DNA of 64,000 bases, taken from assembly GCA_963814585.1 (NCBI GenBank), contig CAWFDF010000013.1, forward strand, positions 1-64,000. Direction: 5' to 3'. The DNA comes from an uncultured delta proteobacterium. GTDB lineage: Bacteria > Myxococcota > Myxococcia > Myxococcales > Anaeromyxobacteraceae. This document shows, one piece after another, positions 10,905-22,253 of the stretch (positions within the stretch are counted from its first letter, which is position 1; every line of letters starts with the position of its first letter). The notes under the pieces were generated by a model, which made no database searches, had not been told where the DNA came from, and was given only the letters and a program-made list of their open reading frames with translations. Both the position numbers and the translations under genes were made by a program.

Positions 10905-11268
10905 GGGCGTCCTCGACCAGGGCCAGCGCCGCCGCCGGCTCGAAGGGCTTCCTGAGCAGGTGGTCGGCGCCGAGGCGGCGGTACATGGCCACCTCCCCCT
11001 CGCCGAGGCGCGAGCTCATCAGCACCAGGAAGGCCTTCTTCCACAGCGGGTGGCTCTTCACCACCCGGCAGACGTCGGCGCCGTTGAGGCGCGGCATGTA
11101 GATGTCGACCAGCATGGCGTCGGGGCTCCCCCCGGCCAGCCGCCGGAAGACCTCCTCGCCGTCGGCGGCGGTGACCACCTCCCACCCCGCCGCCTCGAAG
11201 GTGGTCGCCAGCGCGTCGACCATGGCACGGGAGTCGTCGGCCACCAGGAGCGTCTTGGGAGCGGGCAT
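10894..11268 (-). CDS. Single-domain response regulator (receiver)
   Basis: LLVADDS...DAMLVDIYMPRLNG...LRKPF; converges on and overlaps the surface-protein gene end by 11 nt. Confidence 0.9.
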   Translation of the reverse strand: MPAPKTLLVADDSRAMVDALATTFEAAGWEVVTAADGEEVFRRLAGGSPDAMLVDIYMPRLNGADVCRVVKSHPLWKKAFLVLMSSRLGEGEVAMYRRLGADHLLRKPFEPAAALALVEDALKA

Positions 11269-11313
11269 CGGCGCTTCATCATACCTCGCGGCACGTGGTA
11301 GATCACGCGCGCC

Positions 11314-12729
11314 ATGACCGCCCCGCGCGTCCGCTTCGCCCCCTCCCCGACCGGCTACCTCCACATCGGTGGCGCCCGCACCGCGCTCTTCAACTGGCTC
11401 TACGCCCGGCGTCACGGCGGCACCTTCGTGCTCCGCATCGAGGACACCGACCGGGAGCGCTCCACCCGGGTGGCGGTGGACGCCATCCTCGAGGGGATGC
11501 GCTGGCTCGGCCTCGACTGGGACGAGGGGCCCGGGGTCGGCGGCCCCCACGGTCCCTACTTCCAGACCGAGCGGCTCGACGTCTACCGGTCCCACGCCGA
11601 CCGGCTGGTCCGGGAGGGCAAGGCCTACGTCTGCACCTGCAGCCGGGAGGAGCTGGACGTCCTCCGCAAGCAGGCCGAGACAGAGAAGCGCCAGTTCCGC
11701 TACCCCGGCACCTGCCGCGGCAGGTCCCGCGACCCGTCGGAGCGCCACGTCATCCGGCTCATCGTCCCGGAGACCGGCGCCACCAGCTTCGACGACCTGG
11801 TCAAGGGGACCATCAGCACGCCCCACGACACGCTGCAGGACGAGGTGATCCTGCGCGGCGACGGCATGCCGCTCTACAACTTCGGCGCGGTGGTCGACGA
11901 CGTCACCATGGAGATCAACCTGGTGGCGCGCGGTGACGACCACGTCAACAACACGGCGCGGCAGATCCTCATCTACCAGGCGCTCGGCTACCCGGTGCCG
12001 GCCTTCGCCCACCTGCCCATGATCCTGGGCGCCGACAAGACCCGGCTCTCCAAGCGCCACGGCGCCACCAACCTCATGGCCTACAGGGACATGGGCTACC
12101 TCCCCCAGGCGCTGGTCAACTACCTGGTCCGGCTCGGCTGGTCGCACGGCGACCAGGAGATCTTCACGCTGCCGGAGCTGATCGCGGCCTTCGACTGGAA
12201 GCAGGTGGGGGCCACCGCCGGCGTCTTCAACCCGGACAAGCTGCTCTGGGTGAACCACCAGTGGCTGCGCGCCCTCCCCGAGGAGGAACTGGCGGCGCGC
12301 GCGCTCCCCTACTTCGCGGCCGCCGGCCTGCCGGCGGCGGACGACCAGAAGCTCCGGCTGGTGGTCCGGCAGCTGCGCGAGCGGGCCAAGAGCTTCGTCG
12401 AGATCGTCCAGCAGGCCCGGTACTTCTACGCCCCCATCCAGCTCGACGAGAAGGCGAAGGCCAAGCAGCTCACCGCCGAGGCCCGCCCGCTCCTGGCGGC
12501 GGTCCGCGACGGCGTGGCCGGCATGGAGGCCCTGGGGCTGGAGGCGCTGGAGCGGCTCTTCGCCGGCGTGGCCGCCTCGGCCGGGGTCGGGCTCGGCAAG
12601 GTGGCCCAGCCGGTCCGCGTGGCCCTCACCGGCGGCACGGCGTCCCCTGGCATCCACGACGTGGTGATGATCCTCGGCAAGGCCGAGACGCTGGCCCGGC
12701 TCGACGCCGCCCTGGCCCTGATCGGCTGA
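11314..12729 (+). CDS. gltX: Glutamate--tRNA ligase
   Basis: RFAPSPTGYLHIGGARTALFN, LRIEDTD, RGDDH, RLSKRHGA. Confidence 0.97.
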   Translation: MTAPRVRFAPSPTGYLHIGGARTALFNWLYARRHGGTFVLRIEDTDRERSTRVAVDAILEGMRWLGLDWDEGPGVGGPHGPYFQTERLDVYRSHADRLVREGKAYVCTCSREELDVLRKQAETEKRQFRYPGTCRGRSRDPSERHVIRLIVPETGATSFDDLVKGTISTPHDTLQDEVILRGDGMPLYNFGAVVDDVTMEINLVARGDDHVNNTARQILIYQALGYPVPAFAHLPMILGADKTRLSKRHGATNLMAYRDMGYLPQALVNYLVRLGWSHGDQEIFTLPELIAAFDWKQVGATAGVFNPDKLLWVNHQWLRALPEEELAARALPYFAAAGLPAADDQKLRLVVRQLRERAKSFVEIVQQARYFYAPIQLDEKAKAKQLTAEARPLLAAVRDGVAGMEALGLEALERLFAGVAASAGVGLGKVAQPVRVALTGGTASPGIHDVVMILGKAETLARLDAALALIG

Positions 12730-12816
12730 GCGGCCGGCCAGCCGCCCGCGCAGGCTGGACGGCGCCCCCGGGCAAGCCCTCGGTGCGCGCCGGCGAGAAG
12801 TTGATAGGCTCCCACG

Positions 12817-13416
12817 ATGAAGTGCCTCGCCCGCCTCGCGTCACCGATCCTCGGACTCCTGCTCGCCGTCGCCCTCCCGGCGGCCGGCGCAGCGTCGATC
12901 CGAGCCGACGACCCGCCTCCTCCCCCCGCCGGCGAGGGGGCCACGCCGCCCGTGGTCACGCCAGGGCCGGCCGGCGCGCCGCCCCCGGGCGCTCCCCCGG
13001 GGCCGCCGCTCGAGCCACCGCGCTGGCGGCTCGCCGTCACCCTCGCCTCGGGCACCTCCTCGGGCCACAGCTACCTGGTGTTCGGCGGGCTCCTCGGCTA
13101 CGAGGTGGTCGGCGGCCTCGAGGTCTACCTGGACGGCCAGTACTGGGGCGGGGCGCAGCCCTCCGTCGGCCGGCTGGCCCCGGGGGTCAACTGGTACGCG
13201 CCGCTTCCCTACCGTCCCTATCTCGGCGTCTACTACGCCCGATGGTTCGTCGGCGGCCAGCCCGATCAGGATGCGCTCGGCGGCCGGGCCGGCATCACGC
13301 TGGCCTCGGGGCCCCACGCCGCCCTGGGCGTCGGGATGGCCTACGAGCAGGCCCTCGACTGCTCCTTCGAGTGCGCGGCCTGGTGGCCGGAGGTGAGCGT
13401 CGGCTTCAGGTTCTAG
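12817..13416 (+). CDS. Secreted protein, probable small outer-membrane beta-barrel
   Basis: Signal peptide, Pro-rich linker, alternating amphipathic strands, C-terminal VSVGFRF. Confidence 0.65.
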   Translation: MKCLARLASPILGLLLAVALPAAGAASIRADDPPPPPAGEGATPPVVTPGPAGAPPPGAPPGPPLEPPRWRLAVTLASGTSSGHSYLVFGGLLGYEVVGGLEVYLDGQYWGGAQPSVGRLAPGVNWYAPLPYRPYLGVYYARWFVGGQPDQDALGGRAGITLASGPHAALGVGMAYEQALDCSFECAAWWPEVSVGFRF

Positions 13417-13450
13417 TCGTGGTGGGCACGGCCTACGGGGAGGCGCCAGC

Positions 13451-14734
13451 GTGAGATCGGCCGGGAAGAACGGGATGTCGGCGTGGGCGCGGGACGTGGC
13501 CTGGCTGGTGCTCGCCGTGGCGCTGCTGGGCGCGGGGTCTGCGCTGGCCGCCGGGAGCCCGGGGGCGCTCGAGTCCGGCTGGGTCCACCTGCGCGGGGAG
13601 AAGGTCGTCCGGCTGGCGGCGCCCCGCGCCGGCCAGTCGGCGGCGCAGCGGGCCGAGGAGGCCACCCGGGCGCTGGAGGTGGCCCTGGAGGGCGAGCCGG
13701 CCGCCGCCCAGGTCGCCGTCGAGGGCGAGGCCGCGGTCATCCGCCTCGGCCAGGTCCCCGTGCTCACGCTCGACGGCGACGATGCCCGGGCGGCCGGCGC
13801 CGCGTCCCTGGAGGATCACGCGGCCGCGGTGGCCAGCCGGCTCGACGCCGTGGTGCGGGGCGAGCGCCGCCGCGCCACCGCCGCCGGCGTGGTCTTCTCG
13901 ATCTCGCTGCTGGTCTTCGCCGGGCTGCTGGCGTGGTTGCTGCTCAAGCGCCTCGCGACGCTGGAGCTGCAGCTGCTCCGCTGGGTCCGCCCGGGAGCCG
14001 GCGCGCGATCGCTGACGGTGGCCGGCGTCGACGTGACCCACGCCGCCGCGCCGCCCCGGACCCGCACCGTCCTCCTCCGGCTGGCGCGGCTCCTGGCCCA
14101 GGCCCTGGTGGCCTGGACCTGGGTGCTCTTCGCCCTCTCGCTCTTCCCGCAGAGCCGGCCCTGGGCCGAGGCGTTGCTGCAGGCCCTGCTCGGCCCGGTG
14201 ACCGGCCTGGCCAGGAGCTTCGTCCGCACCATCCCCGGCCTGATCGCCGTGGGCGTGCTCGCCGTGCTGGCCCTGGGGGCGATCCGGACGCTGCGACTGG
14301 TCTTCGAGAGCGCGGCGCGCCGTGAGGCCACCATCCCGCTGGTCGCCCCCGATCGCGCCGTCGCGCTCGGCCGGCTGGCGCGCGCCGCGGTGGCGGTGCT
14401 GGCCATCCTGCTGGCCGCGCCGCTGGTGGCCGGCGGCGAGGGCAACGCGCTGGGCCGGCTGGGCGAGGCCGCCCTGGTGACCCTGGCGCTGGCGCTGGTG
14501 CCGGTGGCCGCGGCCGCGCTGGCCGGCCTGCCCTGGCTGCTGGGCCGTACCCTCGCGGTGGGCGACCGGGTCGAGGTGGCCGGCCGCACCGGCCGCGTCA
14601 CCCGCTTCGGCGCGCTCGGGCTCGAGCTCGAGGAGGGCGGCGGTGGCCGCGCCACCGTCCCGTGGCTGCTCACGCTGCTCCACCCGCTCCACCGCCTCCC
14701 GCCCACGGCCCCGGGGAAGGCCGACGGCCCGTGA
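13451..14734 (+). CDS. MscS-like mechanosensitive channel family membrane protein (degenerate, short C-terminus)
   Basis: Multi-TM protein ending LAVGDRVEVAGRTGRVTRFG (MscS beta-domain pattern); GGGGAGG RBS before GTG. Confidence 0.65.
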   Translation: MRSAGKNGMSAWARDVAWLVLAVALLGAGSALAAGSPGALESGWVHLRGEKVVRLAAPRAGQSAAQRAEEATRALEVALEGEPAAAQVAVEGEAAVIRLGQVPVLTLDGDDARAAGAASLEDHAAAVASRLDAVVRGERRRATAAGVVFSISLLVFAGLLAWLLLKRLATLELQLLRWVRPGAGARSLTVAGVDVTHAAAPPRTRTVLLRLARLLAQALVAWTWVLFALSLFPQSRPWAEALLQALLGPVTGLARSFVRTIPGLIAVGVLAVLALGAIRTLRLVFESAARREATIPLVAPDRAVALGRLARAAVAVLAILLAAPLVAGGEGNALGRLGEAALVTLALALVPVAAAALAGLPWLLGRTLAVGDRVEVAGRTGRVTRFGALGLELEEGGGGRATVPWLLTLLHPLHRLPPTAPGKADGP

Positions 14735-15960
14735 ACCCCATCGCGCTCCTGCTGGTGCTGCTGGCCGCCTCCTACCTGGCCAGCCTGGTGGCCTCGGCCG
14801 GAAAGGGCAGGACCCTGGCCTCCGGCACCGGTGTCCTCCTGGTCGGCGCCCTGCTCGGCCCTCGCGGGCTGGGCGTCATCGACGAGCTCGTGCTCCGCAC
14901 CTTCTACTCCATCACCGCGGCGGCCATCGGCTGGGTGGCGCTGGTCGTCGGGCTGGAGTTCGGCTTCGTCGGCGAACGGCGCGTCCGCGCCGGGGCGCTG
15001 GTGCTCGGCAACCTGGCCGGGCTGGCCAGCGGCGCCGCGGTGGCGGCCGCCACCGGCCTGGTGACCTGGTGGCTCGATCCGTCGGCGGGATTCCTGGCCA
15101 GGCCGATGGACCGGGTGCTGGCGCTCGGGGTGGGCGCAGCGCTGGCCGACACGGCCCGCGACGCCTTCCGCTGGGGGCTGGCGGTGGTTGGGGCCCGCGG
15201 TCCGCTCGCCGACCTGCTGGCCGAGCTGGGCGACGCCGACGATCTCGCCCCGGTGGTGCTCGCGGCCGCGGCCTTCGCGCTGGCCCCGGGGACCGACGGG
15301 CTGGCGCTGCCGGGCGGACTGCGCCTGCTGGCCGAGCCGGCGCTGGGCCTGGCGCTCGGCGCCATGGCCGCGCTCCTCTTCGGCCGCGACTTCCGGCGCA
15401 ACACCGTCCTCGGCGTGATCTTCGGCACCTCGCTCACCGGGCTCGGGCTGGCGGCGTGGCTCGGCCTCTCACTCGTCGGCACCGGCTTCGCGCTCGGGCT
15501 GACGCTCTCGCTCGCCTCCCGGCACGCCACCGAGCTGCGCGAGCTGGCGCTGCGGGTGGAGCGCCCCGTCCTCTTCCCGGCGCTGTTGCTGGCCGGGGGG
15601 CTGGTCGATCCGCTCGGCCACCCCAGGCTGGCGTGGGTGGTGGCCGCGGCATTGGCGGCGCGGCTGGCCGTGAAGCTGGCCCAGGGCGCGGTGGTCGCGG
15701 CGGTCTGGCCCGAGGCCCGCCGGGGCGGCGGCGGGGTGGCGGCGACCCTGACCGCGGCCGGCCCGCTCGGCGTGGTCATCGGCCTGGCCTTCGCGCTCTC
15801 CTTCCCTGGCGAGATCGGCGACACGGTGCTGGCCGCGGCGGTGGCGGCGGCGGTGGTGGGCGAGCTCACCTCCACGCCGGCCCTGCGGCGCGCGCTGCGC
15901 CGGGCCGGCGAGCTGGAGCCGGGTGACGGCGAGGCCGGCGCCGCGGCGGTCCGGCCATGA
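14731..15960 (+). CDS. Cation:proton antiporter-fold membrane protein (divergent)
   Basis: About 12 TM segments; LLVGALLGP.GLGVID...IGWVALVVGLE resembles a CPA2 N-terminus; GTGA overlap with the upstream gene. Confidence 0.65.
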   Translation: MNPIALLLVLLAASYLASLVASAGKGRTLASGTGVLLVGALLGPRGLGVIDELVLRTFYSITAAAIGWVALVVGLEFGFVGERRVRAGALVLGNLAGLASGAAVAAATGLVTWWLDPSAGFLARPMDRVLALGVGAALADTARDAFRWGLAVVGARGPLADLLAELGDADDLAPVVLAAAAFALAPGTDGLALPGGLRLLAEPALGLALGAMAALLFGRDFRRNTVLGVIFGTSLTGLGLAAWLGLSLVGTGFALGLTLSLASRHATELRELALRVERPVLFPALLLAGGLVDPLGHPRLAWVVAAALAARLAVKLAQGAVVAAVWPEARRGGGGVAATLTAAGPLGVVIGLAFALSFPGEIGDTVLAAAVAAAVVGELTSTPALRRALRRAGELEPGDGEAGAAAVRP

Positions 15961-17288
15961 GCGGCCACGGCGCCGGGAGCGGACCGGGACGGGGCCTCCA
16001 GCTGCTGGTGCTGCTGGTCCTGGGCGGGCTGGTGGCGCTGGTGGTCCGCGGCGGCGGCCTCCCGTCGCTGCCTGGGGCCGGCACCATCACCAGCGTCGGC
16101 TTCCTGCTGCTGGCTGGCTCGCTCACCGCCAGCCTGCTGGAGCGGATCGGCCTGCCCCACCTCACCGGCTACCTGCTGGCCGGGGCGCTGGCCGGTCCCC
16201 ACGTGCTCGACCTGGTCGGCCACCAGGCGGTGGCCGACCTGGAGCCGGTCAACGCCCTGGCCCTCTCGCTCATCGCGCTGGCCGGTGGCGCCGAGCTGAG
16301 GCTCGACGGCCTGAAGCAGGGGCTGCGCAGCCTGGGCTGGGCGACGCTGCTCCACACCCTGCCGGTCGTGCTCGTGGTCGGCGGCGCCTTCTTCCTGGCC
16401 CGCCCGCTCATCCCCTTCGCCCGCGACCTCCCCGCCGGCGCGCTGCTGGCCGCCGCGCTGCTGTGGGGGGTGGTGGCCACCACCCGGAGCCCGTCCGCCA
16501 CCCTCGGCATCATCACCCAGACCCGCGCCAGCGGCCCGCTCACCACCTCCACCGTCAACTTCGTCATGAGCTCCGACGTGGTGGTGGTGGTGGTGCTGGC
16601 GCTCGCCCTCACCACCACCCAGCCGCTGGTGACCCCCGGCGCCTCGATCTCGCTCTCGGCCTTCCGGGAGCTGGGGCACGAGCTGCTGGGGAGCGTCTCG
16701 GTGGGGGTGACGCTGGGGCTGCTGCTCATCGCCTACCTGCGCTTCGCCGGGCGGCAGCTCCTGCTGGTGCTGGTGGCCATCGGCCTGGTGCTCACCCAGG
16801 TGATCGACTACCTCCGCCTCGACTGGCTGCTCATCTTCATCACCGCCGGCTTCGCGGTGCGCAACCTCTCCAGCCACGGCGACGATTTCCTCCACGCCAT
16901 CGAGGGGGCCGGCGAGGTGATCTACGTGATCTTCTTCGCCATCACCGGCGCCCACCTCGACCTGCCGCTGCTGGCCCAGCTCTGGCCGGTGGCGCTGCTG
17001 CTGGCGGGGGCGCGCGGCGTGGCCACCTGGGGCGCCGGGGCGGTCTCGGCGCGCCTGGCCGGCGACCCGCCGGCGCTGCGCCGCTGGGGCTTCGCCGGCC
17101 TCATCTCCCAGGCTGGCCTGGCGCTGGGGATCGCCTCCAGGGTGGCCGGCCAGTTCCCCACCTTCGGCGCGGGCTTCGCCGCGCTGGCGGTGGCGGTGGT
17201 GGCCATGAACGAGGTGGCCGGTCCCATCCTCTTCAAGCTGGCCATCGAGCGGGCCGGCGAGGCCCGGGCCGGGGAAGGCGGCGGCTAG
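15957..17288 (+). CDS. Cation:proton antiporter (Na+/H+ exchanger family)
   Basis: IGLPHLTGYLLAGALAGP, IALAGGAEL, SPSAT, FFAITGAHL, QAGLALG, NEVAGP; ATGA overlap. Confidence 0.85.
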   Translation: MSGHGAGSGPGRGLQLLVLLVLGGLVALVVRGGGLPSLPGAGTITSVGFLLLAGSLTASLLERIGLPHLTGYLLAGALAGPHVLDLVGHQAVADLEPVNALALSLIALAGGAELRLDGLKQGLRSLGWATLLHTLPVVLVVGGAFFLARPLIPFARDLPAGALLAAALLWGVVATTRSPSATLGIITQTRASGPLTTSTVNFVMSSDVVVVVVLALALTTTQPLVTPGASISLSAFRELGHELLGSVSVGVTLGLLLIAYLRFAGRQLLLVLVAIGLVLTQVIDYLRLDWLLIFITAGFAVRNLSSHGDDFLHAIEGAGEVIYVIFFAITGAHLDLPLLAQLWPVALLLAGARGVATWGAGAVSARLAGDPPALRRWGFAGLISQAGLALGIASRVAGQFPTFGAGFAALAVAVVAMNEVAGPILFKLAIERAGEARAGEGGG

Positions 17289-17848
17289 AAGGCCGCCGCC
17301 AGGGCCGCGGCGCCGAAGGCGAAGAAGAGCGAGGCCGCGGCCACGCGGACCCATCTCATCTTCACGGTGGACGCCAGCCGCTCGCCGACGAAGACCGCCA
17401 GCCCGTCGGCGGCCAGCATCCCGGCGGTGGTGCCGATGGTGACCAGCACCACCGACCCGAACCGGGCCGCCAGCGCCACGGTGGCCAGCTGGGTCTTGTC
17501 GCCCATCTCGGCCAGGAAGAAGAGGAGCGTGGTGCCGAGGAACGGGCCGAGGCGCTCCGGCCCACGCGCCTCGTCCAGCGTGTCGGGCCTGAGGGTCCAG
17601 AGCCCGAAGCCGATGAAGGTGGCGGCCAGCACCGCCGCCATGAGCCGCGGCGGCACCTGGGCGGCCACCCAGCTGCCGGCGGTGGCCGCCAGCGCGTGGT
17701 TGAGGACGGTGGCGACCAGGATCCCGCCCATCACCGCCCAGGGACGGCGGTAACGGGCCGCGAGCGAGAAGGCCAGCAGCTGGGTCTTGTCGCCCATCTC
17801 GCTGGCGGCGACCAGCAGGAAGCTGCTGACCAGGGTCTCGAGGCTCAT
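17285..17848 (-). CDS. TMEM165/GDT1 (UPF0016) family Mn2+/Ca2+ transporter
   Basis: Two copies of the EMGDKTQL signature. Confidence 0.95.
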   Translation of the reverse strand: MSLETLVSSFLLVAASEMGDKTQLLAFSLAARYRRPWAVMGGILVATVLNHALAATAGSWVAAQVPPRLMAAVLAATFIGFGLWTLRPDTLDEARGPERLGPFLGTTLLFFLAEMGDKTQLATVALAARFGSVVLVTIGTTAGMLAADGLAVFVGERLASTVKMRWVRVAAASLFFAFGAAALAAAF

Positions 17849-18099
17849 CTCGCGCTCCGTGAAGGGGCTGGCGTGATACCGGTCGGCCTGGCCGTGGTCA
17901 AGGGCCCAGGCCCGCCACCGGGGCCGGAGCGCCTCGTCGAGCGGCCGCCGGGGCCGCGGGGACGAGGCCGCCGCGGAGTGCCCTCCTGGCCGTGTCTCCA
18001 GACTGGACTTCCACCCGGCTCCGGAGTCTGCTCCGCGCCACCAACGACCCGCCCGGCGCCCCGCCTCACCGGAGGCGCCACGCGGAAGGAGCCGCCCGG

Positions 18100-21085
18100 A
18101 TGCCGTCGAACCCGACCGAGAACCTCGAGCTGGCCGTCCAGGCCAACGGCCGCTGGCTGCGCGAGGCCATGGCCCCGTACTTCTTCGCCGCCATGCAGGA
18201 CGAGCCCGAGGCCATCGCCATCCTGGAGCGGAGCCTCGGCACGCTCCGGTCCAACCAGCACCTGATCCTGGCCGATCGGCCCAACGCGCTCATCCTGGCC
18301 GCGGCCAACACCCCGGGCTCGCTCTACCGGACCATCACCCTGGGCGCCGGCTCCACCCGCCCCATCTCCTACGCGATGTTCGCCCACTCCGACCGGCCCA
18401 TGCCGGGGATGAAGGCCTCGCTGGAGATCCAGCGGTTCGAGTTCGACTGCAAGACCGACGCCTGGGTCCAGGCCGGGCTGGCCGCCGGGGTCAAGGTCCC
18501 GGTCGCCGTCCGCGACTCGGTGTTCATGGCCATGCACGCCGAGTACCGGGACTTCGACATGAAGGAGCTGGACCAGCTCCTCGGCCTCCTCTGGCTCTGC
18601 AACCCGGACTATGCCCGGGTCGCGCCGCCCCGCCGCGTCGCCCAGACGCTCCGGCTGCTCCAGCTCTGCCAGCGGTCCGGCGGCCTCCACCTCGACGTCG
18701 AGGCGGTCCGCGACGACCCCGGGCTCACCCGGGTCTCCTTCGCGGTGGCCAGCCCGCCCCACCGCGGCTTCCTGGCCCAGCTCCTCGAGGTGCTCAACCG
18801 GCTCGACCTCGGCGTGGCCCGCGCCTACGTGCTCGACATCTCCACCGGGGTCCGTCCCTACGCGCTCTGCACCTTCTACGTCTACCAGCGCCGGGGCGGC
18901 CGGCTGCAGGTCGGCTCGCCGCTCCACCGGCAGCTGGAGGAGGAGTTCTTCGCCACCCAGCTGCTGCCGACCGGCTCTCCCGAGTACCGCGAGCTGGTCA
19001 CCGCCGGCGTGCTCCCCGGCGTGGACGCCGCGCTGGTGCGCGCCTTCGTGGCCTTCTGCCACACCAACCTGGCCCACGCCCAGCCCGACCGGTTCGACTG
19101 GGAGGAGGTGCGGAATGCCTTCCAGGCCAACCCGCAGATGGCGCTGCGGCTGACCAGCCTCTTCCGGGCCCGCTTCGACCCGGCGATGACGGGGCGGGAG
19201 AAGCGCTGGCCGGCCCTGCTGGCCGCCGCCGAGAAGGCGGTGCGCGAGTACAACACCGGCCACCGGCACCTCGACGACGTCCGGCGTGACGTCTACCGCT
19301 GCTGCCTGGCGCTCATCAAGCACACCCTCAAGACCAACTTCTTCGTCCTCCAGAAGCAGGCCTTCGCCTTCCGCCTCGACCCCGCCTACCTCGCCGAGCT
19401 GGGCCCGGCCTTCACCTCCGACCTGCCCCCGGCCACGCCGTTCCGCGTCACCTTCTTCTTCACGCGCTACGGCTTCGGCTATCCACATCGGCTTCTCCGA
19501 CATCGCGCGCGGTGGCTGGCGCACCGTCATCTGCCGCACCGACGACGACTTCCTCACCAACGCCGCCACCCTCTTTCGCGAGAACTTCGTGCTGGCCCAC
19601 ACCCAGCACTTCAAGAACAAGGACATCTACGAGGGCGGCTCCAAGCTGGTGATGCTGCTGGACGCCTCGGCGCTGGAGGACGCCGAGCGCGACCAGGAGA
19701 GCATCCTGCTCCACAAGCTGCAGCACGGCGTCATCAACGCCTTCCTCGACATCTTCGTCACCGACGGCGGGGTGGCCCGCGATCCGGCGGTGGTGGACTA
19801 CTACCGCGAGGACGAGCCGATCGAGCTCGGCCCCGACGAGAACATGCACGACGGCATGATCGAGGAGATCGCCGCCCTCTCCAGGAAGCGCGGCTACCTG
19901 CTCGGCATCGGCGTGATGTCCTCCAAGCAGGTGGGCATCAACCACAAGGAGTACGCGGTCACCTCCACCGGCGTGGTCACCTTCGCCGAGATCGCCATGA
20001 AGGAGCTGGGCATCGACGTCCGGCGCCGGCCGGTGAGCGTCAAGGTCACCGGCGGGCCCAACGGCGACGTGGCCGGCAACGCCATGGCCATCATGCTGCG
20101 GCGCTGGCCCCGGGCCGAGCTGCGGCTCATCCTCGACGGCACCGCCGCGCTGGTCGATCCGGCGGGCGCCGATCGCGCCGAGCTCGGCCGCATCCTGCTC
20201 AAGCAGGACCTCGACGCCTTCGCCCCGAGGGCGCTCCACCCCGGCGGCTTCATGCTCTTCCGCACCGGGACCAGGAAGGACGGCCTGCGGGTGCTCCACC
20301 GCAAGGTGACCCGCACGGCGCGCGGCCTGAAGGAGGAGTGGATCTCCATCGACGACTTCTCCCGCCTCTTCGGGTCCCTCCCCTTCACGGTGGAGGCCGA
20401 CCTCTTCATCCCGGGCGGCGGGCGGCCCGAGACCATCGACGGTCGCAACTGGGAGCAGTACCTGCTCGCCGACGGCCGGCCCTCCTCGCGCGCCATCGTG
20501 GAGGGGGCCAACTCCTTCATCACCCCGGAGGCGCGGCTGCACCTGCAGCAGAAGGGCGTGCTGCTGCTGCGCGACGCCTCGGCCAACAAGTGCGGCGTGA
20601 TCTCCTCCTCCTACGAGATCATTGCCAACCTGCTGCTTTCCGAGGAGGAGTTCCTCAGGTACAAGAAGAGGTACGTGAAGGACGTGCTCGCCATCCTGGT
20701 GCGACGCGCCGCCGACGAGGCCAGGTTGATCATGGCGCGCCGGCGCGAGCAGGGGCTGCCCTCGACCGAGATCTCGGACCGGATCAGCGGCGAGATCAAC
20801 GGCCACTACGCCAGGCTCTTCAAGTTCTTCCAGGCCCGCCAGGAGCTGGCCCGGGAGCCGCTCTTCCGGTCCGCCATCCTCTCCCACCTCCCGGCCATCT
20901 TCCGCGAGGTGCCGCGCTTCCGCCGGCGGCTGGACCGGCTGCTGCCGAAGTACCGCTCCGCCATCCTCGCCGCCGAGATCGGCTCGTCGATGGTCTACCG
21001 CGGCAACCCCGACGCCGAGTTCGAGGACATGCTCCGCCTCCACATGGAGCGGAACTTCTCCGCCCGGAGCCTCTCCACCCGATGA
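18100..21085 (+). CDS. Large NAD-specific glutamate dehydrogenase, frameshifted near 19482
   Basis: HTLKTNFF in frame 1; HIGFSDIARGGWR, KNKDIYEGGSK, LGPDEN, GINHKEYAVTSTGV, TGGPNGDVAGN, IVEGANSF, SANKCGVISSSYE in frame 2. One extra base in GGC TAT C CAC ATC. Confidence 0.88.
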
Positions 21086-22241
21086 TCGCCACCCTGCTCC
21101 TCGCCATCCTCGCCGCCGCCCCGGGCCGCCCCCCCAGGCCGGGTCCGAGCCCGCCCACGCCCCGGCCGAGGCGGCCCTGCTGCGAAGCGCCTACCCCGGC
21201 CACGATCCCGAGAAGGGGTGGCTGGGCCACGCCGAGGGGTTCCTGGTGGCGCGCAGCTCCGCCTGCCTCGAGAGCGGGATCTGCCTCCTCGCGGTGGCGG
21301 CCAGCACCAACCCCCCGGCCGAGGCCTCGGGCGGACACGCCTGGACCACCTTCCTCGCCCTCCTGCCCACCGCCGACGGCTGGGTCGAGGTGGGGCATGC
21401 CGCCGGTCCGGTCATCAGCGCCGCGGCTCGCTGGCGCCTCGGCGTGTCGATCCAGGTCGACCGCGACGGCGCCTTCGCGGTCGTGACCGCCTCCACCAGC
21501 GGCGGCCAGGACGGCGAGAGCGCCGCGACGCACCTGTGGAGCTGGGACGGGAAGAAGTTCCTCCCGGTGCTCACCGCGGCCAGCACCAGGCAGGGCTCCG
21601 CCGCCTCGGAGTCCAGCTTCACGCTCTGCGGCGATCGCCCCGAGGACCGGCCCTCCTGGGAGCTTCGCACCCGCGAGCGCGAGGGGTCGGGGAAATGGGC
21701 CGAGAGCGCCGTGCGCATCCGCTGGAGCGGGCAGGCCTGGGTGGAGCGGCCGGCCGACCGGCCCTGCGGGCAGCCTGGCGCCGGCGTGGCGACGCCGGCG
21801 GCCGCCACGCCCGTCAAGGTCAAGTCGGCCTCCGCCTCCACGACCGCCGCCGCGCCCAAGGGGCGACCGCAGGCCACCGCGCCGCGGAACGCCATCGACG
21901 GCGACCGGCAGACCGCCTGGGAGGCGGGGGGCAAGAAGGGCGGCGTCGGGGAGTGGCTCCAGCTCGACCTCGCCGCCCCGGCCTCGATCGGCTCGCTGCA
22001 GCTGCTCGGCACCTGCCCAGGCCCCGACTGGAAGGCCGGTCCGCGGCTCAAGAAGGTCCGGCTCCGCTTCGAGGACGGCCCGGCCCAGGAGGAGACGCTG
22101 GCCGACCAGGCGTCGGCCCACGCGATCGTGGTGAAGCGCAAGGGTCCGGCCAGGTGGATCCGCATCGAGCTGCTCGAGCTCCACGCCGGGACCCGGCGGC
22201 AGGGCCCGTGCATCACCGAGGCCACGCCGCAGGGGCGCTGA
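21082..22241 (+). CDS. Secreted protein with C-terminal discoidin/glycan-binding-like domain; frameshift in the G/C run at 21123-21135
   Basis: MIATLLLAILAAA signal (ATGA overlap); downstream frame has ASAST...NAIDGDRQTAWE...GEWLQLDL...IRIELLE...CITE. Confidence 0.65.
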
Positions 22242-22253
22242 CCGGTCCGCCCT

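Noticed and set aside
17849..18099. Possible yybP-ykoY Mn2+ riboswitch upstream of the GDT1-family gene
   Set aside because: I could not find the GGGGAGUA-type core or a convincing fold; an Rfam search would settle it.
19470..19500. Programmed ribosomal frameshift in the GDH gene
   Set aside because: No slippery heptamer; the break falls at a conserved motif and matches the other scattered indels.
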